Part shown: piece by piece, positions 1 through 20,450 of the stretch | Position numbering within the stretch: position 1 is the first letter of the stretch | Layout: each line of letters begins with the position of its first letter | Assembly: GCF_009914755.1 (NCBI RefSeq) | Contig: NC_060925.1 | Direction: 5' to 3' (one strand) | Source of the DNA: the human T2T-CHM13v2.0 reference genome, Homo sapiens | Length of the DNA stretch: 64,000 nucleotides | Translations under genes and position numbers: made by a program | The notes under the pieces: generated by a model | Told to the model about the DNA's origin: nothing | Seen by the model: only the letters and a program-made list of their open reading frames with translations | Database searches by the model: none

Positions 1-477
1 AAAAGTGTTCTCCCCCAAAAAATGCAAGGAGCTATCGTCTTGATAGCCAGGCAGATAATTCTCAGGTTTTGCCCCACAGAATCTCTATCTAAAATACAGC
101 AGTGGTCATGCCTAGTGAAAAGTTTGAGGGAACTCACCCAATGTTGGGTTTCTTCAGAGCCATATATATAGATATAACCAAATATCCTAAAAGACACTGC
201 CCTTCATCATTCCATGCTGTTAGACATTTACAGGACCATGGATGGTGATCTCCTCCAGACAAAAATAAATGCTGGTGCAGAACAGGTAAGTGTATTATAA
301 TTTGAGTACATCAGCTTTTGGGCATTTTAAACCATGGGTCAGACATGTTAGAGCAAGAGGCCAGGTTGATAGCAAGAGGGAGTGTTTTTCTTTTAATTTG
401 TCAATAGCAAAGTGATGTTTGCCACTGTCATTTCAGAGTGAGGCGACAATTTGTTGTTGTTTGGTTTTGTGGGTTTT

Positions 478-4265
<3,788 letters not shown>

Positions 4266-5349
4266 TTAATTTTCTTATTTTAATTTTATATAAGTGATTA
4301 TTATTGTTCCTAAGATAATTGGGGCAGTGACTCCTTTACAATTGTAGAGATCTAATTTGTCTATTCACTTCACTGAAAGAGTATGCCAATTTGTTTCATG
4401 AGAAAATATCCTATATTTATAAAGCAGGAAAATTCCTTCCACCAAACTAGGGTGCATTCTAAAGAAACGAATTGTGCTAAGTAACATCACTTAAAGTGAA
4501 AACAGAGGCAATGGTATCTATTAACAATGTTTATCAGTGAAGGAAATAAACTGAAAATATGAACATCATTAGATCCTTGGAGGGCCTTCATTGCTGAAAA
4601 TCTGAGTAACATTGTGATACTCTTTTGAGTCTGGCAGGACATTCTCTTTCCAGGGCATGTAACAGTGGGTGAATAATTTCTTTTCATTCATTTCCATTAA
4701 GGGCTGAACTTCCTTAATGTTCTGGAGATTATTAAATTTGATTTGTATAGTTGTGAAAAGTACTCAAATTGCTGATTCCATTGCTTATATGTGATCATAT
4801 AAATCTTTTCTCTTTCTGTAGTGTGGTTTAAACTTAATCCTTAAAGGGCATGTATTTGAATTTTTCAGCTGGTTAGAAACCTGAATATACCAATCAAATA
4901 AAACTGCTCCTTACATGCTACAGATTTAGTTTTCTTCCTGTACTAAGATGTCTTTTAGATACAGTAAATTCGTTAAAGCCAAGAGCCCCTAGGAAACGAA
5001 GTTGGGTGGGAGGGGGGACATCGAGTAGTAAGATCACTCTTGTAACAGAGATGCCACTCTTGCAGATATTGACAACAATTGGGCCTATAAAATTTTTACC
5101 AAACATTGGAAAGACAAGATCTGAACAACTTATCATTGCTGCAGTCTCAAATATCAGGAAATACCATTATTCTCAGGACAATAAATAGACAATAAAGAAG
5201 ACTCACAGAGCAGGTTAGCTGTCATGTATCACCAAACAGGGACTGGATCCTTGTCAACACGACCCAACAGAGATTGTCCCCAGAAATTCACTTCATAACC
5301 TCAAAACGAAAAACCCACACTGATGGCAAAAAATAATGATGCAAAGAAT

Positions 5350-5405
<56 letters not shown>
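5350..5405. repeat. (GA)n microsatellite
   Basis: Direct reading. Confidence 0.97.
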
Positions 5406-5410
<5 letters not shown>

Positions 5411-5559
5411 CCTATAGCCATACTCAGTGGGTAAAAGCCAAAGAGCTCAATTTCTGCTCATGATACTTAATAGAACATAGGGAACATGAGCCAATAGCTC
5501 AATGGATTCAGATCTGCACCAAGTGCCTGTTGGACGCAGGATTCTACTGTCTCCAATAA

Positions 5560-5872
<313 letters not shown>

Positions 5873-7000
5873 TCAAAAGTAGGTGAGGTCAGAAAACATG
5901 CCCTGGGAGAGGCTGGCACAATGCCCAGAACCGCCATCGCTAGGCCTGGGGTTTTCCTCTGTAGTGGAATACTAGTATTCATGTAGTGCAGGGACAAAAC
6001 CAATTAGATAGTTCTGGGAGTTAAAAAGAGATGATTTACAGTGCTATTTGAGAAGGGGTATTAAGGAATTTGCCAGGGCACTGACGCGTGTCAGGTGTAA
6101 ACCTCAGGTTGAGAGAGAGCTAAGTATTTTCTGTCCATGAAGGTGATAAGCGAGGGCCTGAAGAAAGAGGGACTGGGGAGGACACTGGCACCAGAAATAG
6201 GAAAGGGCTTCTTGGGGGTGGGAAGGATGGGTCAGGGTGCTATCTAGAAAGTTGCCTGGCAGTGGATGTAGGATGTGGGAGTGAGACATCAAACATGAAG
6301 CAGTCGCTTAAAGTCTGAAGAAAGACTAGATATATGAACTGCAGGAGATAGTAGGGAAACTGGACCGGCTCCTCATAAAACTTCCCGCCTTCTATCTCCG
6401 GGAGGATCGCAGGGCATTTCCGCCAAGACAGGTGAGACTGCGGTTCTGACCTGCGGGCCTCCGTGCATATGCGCGAGGGCACCTGGGGGCCGGCAGAGCC
6501 GTTCCCCTACGCAAAGTAAGCGTGTTATGTCTACAACCCAACGGGGACACTGAGAGCCCCAAAGGCCCTGCTTTCTTCCCGGAGAACAGCACCCATCTGC
6601 GTAGTTTCTACCTGGCTCTATGAGGTGAGAACACACTCACCGCTAGCACAGAAATCCTACAAACTCCTGTGGGGGCTGCGCTTGGAAGCAGAGGCTGTGT
6701 AAGAGGTGACTGGGGGGTAGGGAAAAACACGAAGATTTTCACACAGGGTGAGAAGGGTGAGAACCCAAGAGACTGGAGACCACGGACCAATCCCTGCAAA
6801 AAGCAGCCAGGGTAGAAAGGGAAGAGCTGAGCGGACTTCACGATAGCTAATTTGGGTTACAAAGCCGATACGGCTGATGCTCGCTTTTTCTCCTATGGCG
6901 TGCAGGCCACATGTTACTTCCTATTCCCCAGGCCTGCCACTGTAGGATTAACAACTAAGACACAAACCAAGACAAAAAAAGATATGATCCTTGGCGTACA

Positions 7001-7015
7001 GTCTGTTTTTGAAAC
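7001..7015 (-). terminator. snRNA 3' box
   Basis: Minus strand GTTTCAAAAACAGAC begins 11 nt after the U1 end; fits consensus GTTTN0-3AAARNNAGA. Confidence 0.9.
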
Positions 7016-7025
7016 TCCAGAAAGT

Positions 7026-7189
7026 CAGGGGAAAGCGCGAACGCAGTCCCCCACTACCACAAATTATGCAGTCGAGTTTCCCACATTTGGGGAAATCGCA
7101 GGGGTCAGCACATCCGGAGTGCAATGGATAAGCCTCGCCCTGGGAAAACCACCTTCGTGATCATGGTATCTCCCCTGCCAGGTAAGTAT
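7026..7189 (-). ncRNA. RNU1: U1 spliceosomal snRNA, canonical 164-nt sequence
   Basis: Reverse complement reads ATACTTACCTGGCAGGGGAGATACCATGATCACGAAGG...ATAATTTGTGG (Sm site)...CGCGCTTTCCCCTG; I see no difference from canonical human U1; paralog number not determinable. Confidence 0.99.
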
Positions 7190-7229
7190 GAGATCTTCGG
7201 GCTCTGCCCCGACACAGCCTCATACGCCT

Positions 7230-7253
7230 CACTCTTTACACACACGGTCACTT
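7230..7253 (-). promoter_or_regulatory. U1 proximal sequence element (PSE)
   Basis: AAGTGACCGTGTGTGTAAAGAGTG at -64..-41 relative to U1 +1. Confidence 0.92.
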
Positions 7254-7354
7254 GCCCCGCGCACTCCCGAGCCCTTTCCAGCCCTGACACACAGCTGGGA
7301 TTCTCACTTCTGATCAGCGGTCCTGAACCCGCTCCCAGGGCACGGGAACTCCTT

Positions 7355-7420
7355 CGTGGCGAAGCAGCAAGTGGCGAAGCATCAGCCTCTGCGCTGCCTC
7401 ATCTACATAGAAGTCGCCCT
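7355..7420 (-). promoter_or_regulatory. U1 distal sequence element (octamer ATGTAGAT at 7401-7408 plus adjacent SPH-type region)
   Basis: atctacat on + at -212..-219; adjacent GTGGCGAAGCA direct repeat typical of the U1 5' flank. Confidence 0.85.
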
Positions 7421-8231
7421 GTCCGTGATGTCACCGACAGTGCCTTGCCCAGTCCCCGTCTGCCTTTCTGCCACTCAACCGACCAATCTGCTGCCAGAGC
7501 CGCCAAGGGGAAGTGACGTCTGCCTCTCCCTTTTTCCCTCCCGCCCCTGCGTCTGTTCTCTCCCAAAGAAGCTGGTCCTTAGCCTGTGTTAAGGAGCAAC
7601 CTTTCGGTGGCCAGATGGAGCCGGGGCATCCTTCTTCAAATAATGGCTTTTAATTCGCAGACTAGAATGTTTCGGATTACAAAAGAAACCGGTTCTCTTC
7701 ACATCCTTATCCTTGTGATGCAGCATTCCGCTTGCAATTGGAAGCTGTTTAATATCAGAGAGAAACCATATTTATGAAAGTAAAGAGGCTGCTCAGATGA
7801 CTGCAAACCAGCCTTCCTTACTGGTTTTATCACTGGTAATGTTATAAAGACAGTTGTCCAGTTTCATGAATCTTGTAGGTTTTTTTTTTTTTGATGTTTT
7901 TTTTTTCAAAAATCCATATTGTAGAAAAATATGCTGTCCCAGAAGAGATGATTGGACACTCTCAAGTGTGGTGCTGGACTTTGTCATCTCTTACACAGCC
8001 ATCTCCACACCTTAGTGCTTACCTCATGTTAGTTTTTTATATTCTGCAAAGACGAAACCAAAATAATCCAAATTTGACACAAATACCTGGGCTACGTCTT
8101 ATTTGAGATGTTTAACAAATGTCTGGATCATCTTTTCTTATATATTACGCAGGAAACACTATGAAGTAAGCAAAGTTGTAATGCCCAAGTGAAAGACCAT
8201 TTGAATATTTACAAGTAGATTTCAGACAGGA

Positions 8232-8712
8232 ATACTACAGGGTGGTCACAGGATAACAAATTCTAGGCAGCAGATTTACATGACTTGAGGCTGTGGGCTC
8301 TTAAGACGCTGAAAAACCAGGGTGTGGACCAAGCTGGCTAAGGCTGAGTGGACCCAACGTGGTGCTGGATTGGAGGGAGGTTTTACCTAGGCCCTCATTA
8401 TATGCTCATTAACATACTAAATCACACACCCGCCAGTGCCATGACAGTTCTGAGACCAGTGTTTGATGTAAAAATGGCACCACAGTTCCAAGAAATCTCC
8501 ACCTTTACCCAGGAATTTTCGTGAACATTCCACTCCTTGGTTAAAGAAACCCATCAAGATGAAATCCCAGAACCCATTATTCTCTCTTGGGTATGCCCAA
8601 GCTCCCCTTTCTTGAGTGTGTTCTTTTTGCTTTGCAATAAATCTGTTCTTTCACTATCTGCTGACTCATCTTTGACTTTGTTCTCGCGATGGTGTCAAGA
8701 GCCTGGACACCA
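8232..8712 (+). mobile_element. ERV1-class LTR (solo or fragment)
   Basis: LTR-like U3/R layout with aataaa at ~8636 and U5-like tcgcgatggtgtcaagagcctggacacc; family not resolved. Confidence 0.55.
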
Positions 8713-9057
8713 CGGCTGGGGTCGAGATCCCACCAGTGTCCAGGGACCTCCTCCAGCCAACCAGTATCAGATTCTATTCCACTGCTCAAATCACAAAACA
8801 TCGAGTGGAGAGTTCTCCTTGGAGACCCTAAAGTAAAGATTCTGTGGCATGGTGGCCAGTTAGGCCACTGGAAGCATGGCAAAATATTGAAAATGAGGGA
8901 TTAGGTGACAGTGTAGTGACTGCTGAATACTAAATACTTGATCCAGGCCCCATTCCCTGGAGATTGACAGGGAGACACATTGTCCAGGTAGTAGTGGAGA
9001 AATGCTTTCTGGGTATCTGACCAGCCTTTGTGGAAAGAACTGGCACCATCCTGCAGA

Positions 9058-9630
9058 TGTAACCGCCTGATGGGTTCTTCCTGACCAATGTACACAAAAA
9101 TTCAATTCATGGAGACCATGGCACTGCAGGCAAGAGTTTCATTGACACAGGCCAGCCACGACATGTGGGAGACAGAGTTATTACTCAAAGCAATCTCACT
9201 GAAGGCTTGGAGGTAAGGGGTTTTTCAAAGATAGTTTGGTGGGGAGGGGGCTAGGGCTTGCGTGGTGCTGATTGTTGGGGATGAAATCACAGGGGCGTGG
9301 AAAATGGTCCTCCTGCATGGAGTCAGCTTCTGGGTGGGGGCTAAGGGACTGGTTGATTTTCGGGCCAGATGGTGCCTTCCAGCAGTCAGAAATGCAAAAG
9401 CCTGAAAAGACATCTCAAGAGGCCAATCTTAGGTTCTACAATAGTGATGTTCTTCACAGCAGTAATTGGGGAAGCTGCCAATCTTGTGACTTCTGGAATA
9501 ATGGCTGGTAATTATTTAACGAGGCATACATCTTAGTAGAAATCAGGCCCCTTTCATCCTTCTAACTTGGTGGCCTTTCATTCATTTTACAGGGGTAATT
9601 TAGTTTTGGGGAAGGTTATCATTTAAAGCA
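9058..9630 (-). mobile_element. LTR8-like ERV1 LTR
   Basis: Starts tgtaaccgcc...; ttattactcaaa, gtgctgattg, ggatgaaatca and gagtcagcttctgggtgggg blocks match my recall of reverse LTR8. Confidence 0.65.
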
Positions 9631-9639
9631 GCCTTTTTG

Positions 9640-9800
9640 GCTGTCCTCAACCTTTTTGTCACCAGGGACTGGTTTCATGGAAGACAATTTTTCCATGGAA
9701 GGGGGTGGTGGATGTTTTCCAGAAGAAACTGTTCCACTTCAGGTCATCAGGCATCAGTTACAGTCTCATAAGGAGTGCGCAATCTGGATCACGCACATGA
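9640..9800. mobile_element. MER1-like hAT-Charlie DNA transposon fragment
   Basis: caacctttttgtcaccagggactggtttcatggaagacaatttttccatgga and tctcataaggagtgcgcaatctggatc are MER1 hallmarks. Confidence 0.75.
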
Positions 9801-10789
9801 GCTGTATCACCACTCAGCTCTCACTCCAGCCTCAGGTATCAGCAAGACCTCACCAAAGATTACTGTTTAATTGTCTCTGTGTGTGTTTTTGTTTGTTTCA
9901 GGTAACAACTAATGTTGGAATTATGAAAAGCTCTTCTCTACTTTTAACAAAGCTTAGTCACAAACAGTTCCCCAGTTGATAAGAAAAACTAAAACAACAG
10001 AACAATTGAAAGTCCGAATCTGCAAGTTCATCTTTGAGAACCGAATTTTACAGCCACTCCAGATTTGTACTCCAAATGGATAGTTTGATTGTAGAAATCA
10101 CATCCCTTCAGTCTGCCAATGTGATAACTGCCCAAGAGAAAGTGATGCCTACATTCATAGATAATCCCCTTTCCCCCATCCTATATATAACTGGAGTCAA
10201 CAGTAGCTGGAGGAAAATGGCAAGAACTTGGAATCAAGATTAGGTTAGAATAACACTGCTGTAGACAGTTTATCAGCTCTTCAGCATATGTCCATTTTCC
10301 TTGAAGGATGAGCCTTTAGAAACCTCTGACAATAAAGTTTATTTTACATCCATTCCCTTGCCTATGATTTTTTCATACAAATCACAATTATAAAACTTTC
10401 TCGCTCCAGCTAAAAGCAAGAAACTCAATCATGAATGTGTTCACTAAATATATACCACAGAATGATAACAACCAGTCTGAATGCATCACTTGATTCCAAA
10501 ATTAAATGTTAGCCCTCAGGGGTGCAACTACATGTATCTCCAACTCTGGAAGCCACAGGCAACATATTCCTGTTTCCTTGCAGGGAAACAGATCTATAAG
10601 CAGGGCGGCAGTCTCACACATGTACATTCCTGGGAAACCCAAGGAAACAATGATAGTGACGCAGGGCAGGCAAGCCCCCAAACTGAAAGAGTTTTGCTAA
10701 TGTCGCGATTGGCTTTCTATGTTATTTGAAGACTGAGATCTCCATGAGGAATGAAGACAGGTAATGCCTAAGGCTGAGGCATGACCTCA

Positions 10790-11620
10790 CTGGGTCACCT
10801 TAGCTGTGAAGTGAGGTCAGTTGTCACCTTGCAAACCTTTTGGTAATCCAAATCTTGGAATGATTTCTTTAAGAATTTAGACACTTCCAGTACTTTTCCT
10901 GTCCTTGTGGGGAAAGCTTCTATCCACCTGTTGAAAGTGTCTATAAATACTAGCAAATCTTGTAGTTCCCTGTAAGGTGGCATCTGGGTTAAGTCTGTCT
11001 GCCAGTCTTCACCATGGTATGTTCCTTGGTGTTGTACAGGTTTAAGCAGGGATCGGGGTATGGGGTGGCTTCCTGAGTGGTAACCCTTTTTATAGTTTAG
11101 AACAGTCCCTTCCCGAAGAATATTTAGGAAACTAATTTGAATGGAAAATCCCGTCCCAAATGTGAGGAATCATGAAAATGTTTAATTATTTCCCATCTGT
11201 CAGCCTCAGGAATAGAGTTTGTTCTTTTCTACCAACCATCCAGAGGGTCTCCCTGGAAGCCTTTTACTCAGTCCCTTTAATTTCCTTAGGGGTATAGTAT
11301 GGTGTCACTGACATGGATGGAGTACCTGGTAGTAGTGCAGCAGCTTGAAATACCAGGGTTTCCTTAGTTGTGGCCTTAGCTGCTCTTTCCACCAGGTAAT
11401 TTCCTCTAATAATAAAAGTGTCTCCCTTCTGGTGTCCCCTGCAGTGAGTAATTGTTATTTCTTTGGGAGTTGGACAGCATCTAAAAGTTCCAAGATCTGA
11501 GTAAAGTTGTATGGGAGATCCCTTGGCTCTTGATAGTCCCCTTTCCTTCCCTATGGCTGCATGAGCATGGAGCACCAGGAACCCATATTTAGAGTCAGTC
11601 AACACATTGACTCTTGAGGG
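10790..11620 (-). mobile_element. Decayed class I (gamma-like) ERV pol fragment: RNase H and integrase
   Basis: ORF 11264-11698: VNVLTDSKYGFLVLHAHAAIGKERG...HCRGHQKG...RGN (RNase H); ORF 10795-10983: LLVFIDTFNRWIEAFPTR (integrase core); frames broken. Confidence 0.85.
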
Positions 11621-11743
11621 TTCATCCTCCCCGCAGGCAACTGGAGATGTATTGTCCCCAGAGGGTACAATAGAGAATCTTCCGTCACAAGTCAGCAACC
11701 AGCATATGTGAGTGACAGCATGTGTCCCACTCAGAAATGAGAG

Positions 11744-12095
11744 TGTATTAGTCCGTTTTCATGCTGCTGACAAATACATAACAGAGTCCAGGACCAAAAA
11801 GAGGTTTAATTGGACTTACATTTCCATATGACTGGGGAGGCCTCAGAATCATGGCGGGAGGCAAAAGGCACTTCTTACAAGGCAGCAGCAAGAGAAAATG
11901 AGGGAGAAGCCAAAGCAGAAACCCCTGAGAAACCCATCAGATAGTGAGACTTACTGGCTATCAGGAGAATAGCACAGGAAAGACCCGCCCCCATGATTCA
12001 ATTACCTCCTCCTAGGTCCCTCCCACAACACATGGGAGTTCTGGGAGATACAATTCAAGTTGAGATTTGGGTGAGGGCACGGCCAAACCATGTCA
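11744..12095 (-). mobile_element. THE1-type MaLR solo LTR
   Basis: tgtattagtccgttttcatgctgctga...ggccaaaccatgtca, ~350 bp; near-matching 5-bp flanks gagag/gaaag. Confidence 0.9.
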
Positions 12096-13238
12096 GAAAG
12101 GGATGAAGTGACAGCATATCCTGATGTGTGTGATGGTTTCATGAGTTATTATCTATTTCAAAATTTATTGCAATGTGTGGAAAAGAACAAGGACTTGTAC
12201 TATCTGACTTTAAGGTTTACTATAAGCTATTAGACACAAGGCATCAGGAGTGACAAACGGATAAACAGCCTGAGTTAGAAGACCTGAAATTGATCCACAG
12301 CTACACGGTCAATAAATGGGTTTTCAATAAAAGCAGTTCAATAAAAGAAAATAAATCATTTCAATTAATGAACTTCTATATGGATGTGGGGAGACCAACA
12401 ATGTTATTCTCCCTCACACTACACACAAAAGTAATTTCAGCCGCATTACACACCAAAACTTAAAAGTTAAAGATATAAAGCATTTCAAGGATACTTTGTG
12501 ACTTGTTGGCAGGCAAAGATTAGCCTACCAACAAGCAGGACACAGAAAAAATACATATATAAGAAAGACATGATAAATGAGACTTCATCAACATTAGCCA
12601 CACCTTCTCATCAAAAGATACCACTAAGAAAGCGAAAAGGGAAGCAAGCCACAGACAGAGAGAAAATACCCACAAAACGTATCTGACCTCCACACCCTGC
12701 AATTATAATTATAGTGGTCTGGTACACTGCACCCAGTTTCTGCTGGATGGAGTATTTTCTGGGTGTCTCTAATGAGTAAGAGAGGGCCCCATGGGATATT
12801 CCTTCAGTTCCCAGGTGAACAGTGGGAAAGACTCCACGTGACCAACCTCGGGGGCCTAAAAATCCAGGTCCTATAGGAGGGTAGAGTATACCTGGACCCT
12901 GACCCAGACCCCTGGATGGGCTGTGCCAAGAGACCCAGCAAGGGAAGGGATTTCCTCCTGCCTCAGATTCTCTGTCCTTCTGTGGTTAGACGACCTGAAC
13001 CCAACTCCCTCCCCAAGCACTAGAGATGGGCTTTTCCAAGGGCTGGGGATCTTGCTGTCCTGAGAAGAGCTGAGCAAGGGGGTCAAGGAGGAGCCTGGGT
13101 GGTGGAGGAGAGGAAACCGGGTAAGATGCGTGAAGCCGTTGGCTATACCAGGCACAGAGAGGACCCACTGGGACCCAACGGCCTGCATATGAAGCCAGGC
13201 CTTGGGCCACGTCGGTCCTCAAAGGGGTGCTGACTTCC

Positions 13239-13748
13239 ATGGGGTGTTCAAAGGGACTGTGGAAAGAGAGGCCTTCAGCCCACACCTCTGAATGCTTTTC
13301 CACCACAGCATGCCCTGTGGCCTTTATCCTGCTGGTGTGGAACAGTCAGAGCCCTGCAGGGCTGCAGAGCCTCTGTACTGGGCGGCATCCCAGCCTGAGT
13401 GACAGAGCTCAGAGGGCAGGCCCCCGAGCAAGCAGAGAGGAGGGCACCTTTTGGACAGAACGTGTGGGACAAGAGCGATGGCTCATCCGTTCAGGTTCCT
13501 CACAAAATGAGAGTCAGGAAGATCAGGGCGCCGGCCTGATTTTCCAGGCAGGGCTGAAAGCAGACAACCGGAGGGAGAGCAGCACCTGGGCCAATGAGGT
13601 AGAAGACAGAAGACCACAGTGTACTCCTGCCCTCAACCTCACCCCCTCCCACCCACATCCTCCACACTCCCTGACCACCTTCCTCAGAAGTGTAATAGGA
13701 ATCCAGATTCCCCCTGGCCTGGTTGCTGCAGGAGGCACAGTAGCCTGA
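13239..13748 (+). CDS. FAM231: FAM231-family single-exon ORF (169 aa from ATG 13239; protein existence doubtful)
   Basis: MGCSKGLWKERPSAHTSECFSTTACPVAFILLVWNSQSPAGLQ...PPGLVAAGGTVA matches my recall of FAM231 putative proteins; no recognisable domain. Confidence 0.6.
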   Translation: MGCSKGLWKERPSAHTSECFSTTACPVAFILLVWNSQSPAGLQSLCTGRHPSLSDRAQRAGPRASREEGTFWTERVGQERWLIRSGSSQNESQEDQGAGLIFQAGLKADNRRESSTWANEVEDRRPQCTPALNLTPSHPHPPHSLTTFLRSVIGIQIPPGLVAAGGTVA

Positions 13749-13878
13749 TGGAGCCTGAGTCAGGTGTGGGAAGATGTGGATTGTCTAACTGGAGGTTGGG
13801 AGTCCAGGGTGTAGAAGCAGCTTGGAGTGCAGGATTTGGTGGTACGTGTGTGGCAGTAGGCAAAAGAAAGAGACAACT

Positions 13879-14193
<315 letters not shown>

Positions 14194-14697
14194 AAAAGAA
14201 AGAGACAACTGAGCCACTTGAAATATCATGAGAATTCAAATTCAGAAAATTCCCGGGGAACTATGCATGCAGGCACTCACCAGATCCACAAAACAGCTGC
14301 TGCATAACTGCATGTTGCAAGCAAGCCCTAAATTGCTGATTTTGAAACAGCCTGATGGGTTCACAAAGACAATTTCTGAATAGTCTTAAGAGCAGAGGTG
14401 CACTAAAGCCACTGTGCCCTGCAGGCCCGGATCCCAGTAAGTTCTTTAAGGAGTAAGTCTTACTTCCATTTATGGAAGATTTTTGGAGTTGTCCTTGGTC
14501 ACCCCCAGGAATGTTTTGGTTAGGAGTAGAATTTTAGATGTCATCAATTTAAAAATTAAAACTAAAACGCTGGAACTCATAGAGAGATAAAATTAAGAGA
14601 ATACATTCACTATCCTGAGTAGAAAGATTTCTTATAGAACATAACAGGCTTTAAAAATACAGAAAAAATATGGCAAAATTTCATCAAATTAAATGCT

Positions 14698-17625
<2,928 letters not shown>

Positions 17626-17851
17626 GTCAAAAAAAGACTCAATTCTTGAATATACAAGAGAACTTTTGTAAATCAGTAATATAGAGCTAAGCCAAATAAA
17701 ATAGGGCAAAATATTTGAATAGTCCTTTGCAAAGGAGAGTTTCTTATATGCTGGAAGCCACAAGAAAGTATGCTTCATAGGATTGCTCATTAGGCAAATA
17801 CAAATTAATTCCACACTGAGATAGCACTAACTACTCACCAGTGTATGGCTA

Positions 17852-18040
17852 CTTTTTTTTTTTTTTTTTCTGAGACAGGGTCTCATTCTGTCACCCAAGC
17901 TGGAGTGCAATGGTGCGATCTTGACTCACTGCAACATCCCCCTCCGGAGTAGCTGGGACTACAGGTGCATGCCACCATGCCCGGCTAATTTTTGTATTTT
18001 GAGTAGAGACAGGGTTTCGCCATGTTGGCCAGATTGGTCT
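17852..18040 (-). mobile_element. Partial Alu embedded in old L1M-like sequence (~17630-18590)
   Basis: Alu right arm with internal deletion; flanks resemble degenerate L1 3' end. Confidence 0.7.
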
Positions 18041-19469
18041 GAGAGCATAGCTACATTTAACAAAGTTAGTACACCAAATGCTGACAAGAATTTGGTGCCA
18101 CTTCAACTGTCATCGCTGGTGAAAAAACATTCTAGAAGACTGGCAATTTATACTGATGTTAAACTTATACTCAGGTCATGACCCAGCAATTGAAGGACTT
18201 CCATGAATCTCAAGTGCACACAAAGACTGTTATAAGAATATTCAGCACAAGAATTCAATAACCCCAAAATTGAGAAGTGATCTATGAAACTACATGGATA
18301 TATCTCATGAGTATAATGAATGTAACTGCAGAAAAAAGGCCAGACACAAAACATATGTACATTCATTCATGTGAACTTTAAGAACAGGCAATTGTAACCT
18401 GTGGGAATAGACATCAGAATAGTGATAACTAAGAGGACACAGGGTGGGAATCACCTGGACAGGGGCTCTAACAGGCCTTTCTCAGATGATGGCAATTTTC
18501 TATAACTTGAGCTGGGTGGTGATAACATTGATCAAAACTAAACAAATTGCACTAAAGATTTGTGCACTTTATGTGAACTGTAGCTTCTTTACTGTTCTCA
18601 TTGCTTGAACCTGGGAGACACAGGTTGCAGTGAGCCGAGATTGAGCCACGGCACTGCAGCCTGGGTGACAGAACAAGACTACGTCTCAAAAACAATAATA
18701 ATAGTAATAATTTACTGTTCTCATAAAAATTAGCAGATGGGGAATGGAGGCAAGCCTGTGCAGACCATGACAACTAGTTTAGATTTTATTGTCAGCTCAT
18801 TAAAAACTCGTCCTCGTTTTGTGTTTTTAAAAAATTCCACTGATACAGCCGTTTTCTCTACCAGAAAAGACTATAACCGCATTATTTCATCAGTGGAAGC
18901 TACAGACAAAGGGCCCTTGAGAGGCGGCATCTTCACCTACGGGAATTTTTCCTGCTCAATTGTGAGACAAAGAGCATGTCCAAGTTTTCCTATCGGCCAG
19001 GCCGCCCCCTAGTTTCTGCGCTGTGGGCTAAACTCCAGAAGCTGGCGCCCTTCGGGGCCAGAGGTTTACTCTGCTCTCTGGAGGCTGCTAGGATTAAAGG
19101 CAAAGCAAACGACAGGTCTATTAGCCACAGTTGCAGGTTAGAAAACACTACTGTGACTCAGATTAGAACCCAGGTTGTGGCAACCACAACTACAAGTATT
19201 AACTATTACACGACCACAAAGCCTGCTGACAAGCATTGCACTTCTTCTATGTTTTGAATGTAAAAACACTCACACTATTTTATCTGCTTTATTGTTGGAC
19301 GTCCGCAGATTTTCGTGCTTTTCTGTCTTTCATGCGCTTCTCCCTTTCTCTCCCCATTCTGCTACATAATTAAAAAAAAAATCTCATCTCTCAGGATCCG
19401 ACCACTGCCTCTACAACAAGCCTCCTGGGAGGTCTCTTTGTCCCATTGACATCTCTGCCTTCTTTCGCT

Positions 19470-19774
19470 GCTTTTTTTTTTTTCTTTCTTTTTTGACGGA
19501 GTCTCGCTCTGTCGCCCAGGCTGGACTGCAGTAGCGCGATCTTGGCTCACTGCAACCTCCGCCTCCTGAGTTCAAGCGATTCTCCTGCCTCAGCCTCCCA
19601 AGTAGCCGGAATAGCAGGTGCATGCCACCACATTTGGCTAATTTTTGTATTTTTAGTAGAGACGGGATTTTCCCATGTTAGCCAGGCTGGTCTTGAACTC
19701 TTGACCTCAAGCGATCCATCCGCCTCGGCCTCACAAAGTGCTGGGATTACAGGCGTGAGCCACCGTGCCCGGCC
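19470..19774 (-). mobile_element. Full-length AluS
   Basis: T tail then gacggagtctcgctctgtcgcccagg...gagccaccgtgcccggcc. Confidence 0.95.
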
Positions 19775-20437
19775 AAATTTCAGGCCAACACCTGTTGACA
19801 CACATTGCCAGACACACGGAATCTCTCGGGGAACACCGATGGGCCCACAAAACACGCGGAGGCCGCGGTCGCTGACAATGTTAGCAAATTCGGTTCACGG
19901 TGTCTGGGGTACAGCCCTGAGGGTCTACTGGCCGCCTCTGCGCAAGGACCAGTCTCCGCCGCTCCCCTCATCTCCACGCAGATTCTTGCCCACACACCAC
20001 CCCTTTCTTTGGGCCGCTGACGCCTCTTGGACCTCTGAGGTGACTGTCCTGCCCGCAGCTTCTCTCCTTCCAAGAGCGTCATTTCTTGATCCTCTCCATA
20101 GTGGCTCAACGGTAAGCCCAAGGTCCAGCACGCGAATCAGGAACCTGATGGTTCTTCGGGTTTGCAGGGATCCTTCCAGTGAATAGATGAAAGTCACAGG
20201 TACCAGTATGAAAACTGCAGTGACTCACCGGAAACACTTCATGCTTGTCAGCTTGCTAAGCTGTTTGAGTCCAACAACTGCATGGGGTCCTGAGTTAGTC
20301 TCCTGAATGTCTCCTGCCGCTACTTTCGTGAGTGTTGTCGTCACTTTACCTTGTGGTGGCCAAGCCCCTAAATGCACTATTAGGTTATGCAGTATGATTT
20401 TCAGCGTAAAAGACAGATAAAGAGCAACAGCGGGGTG

Positions 20438-20442
20438 AAAAA
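20438..20442 (-). terminator. Pol III T5 terminator for tRNA-Gly
   Basis: TTTTT on minus strand starting 9 nt after the tRNA 3' end. Confidence 0.75.
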
Positions 20443-20450
20443 GACCCTTT

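Noticed and set aside
4918-5188. Possible ERV env or other coding relic
   Set aside because: No motif I can identify with confidence
6852-7592. ORFs overlapping U1 and its promoter
   Set aside because: By-products of GC-rich snRNA gene sequence
10795-11698. Domesticated retroviral pol gene
   Set aside because: Fragmented frames and incomplete catalytic motifs
19542-20186. Longest ORF in the window (214 aa)
   Set aside because: First third is antisense Alu, start is not ATG, and the rest has no recognisable homology
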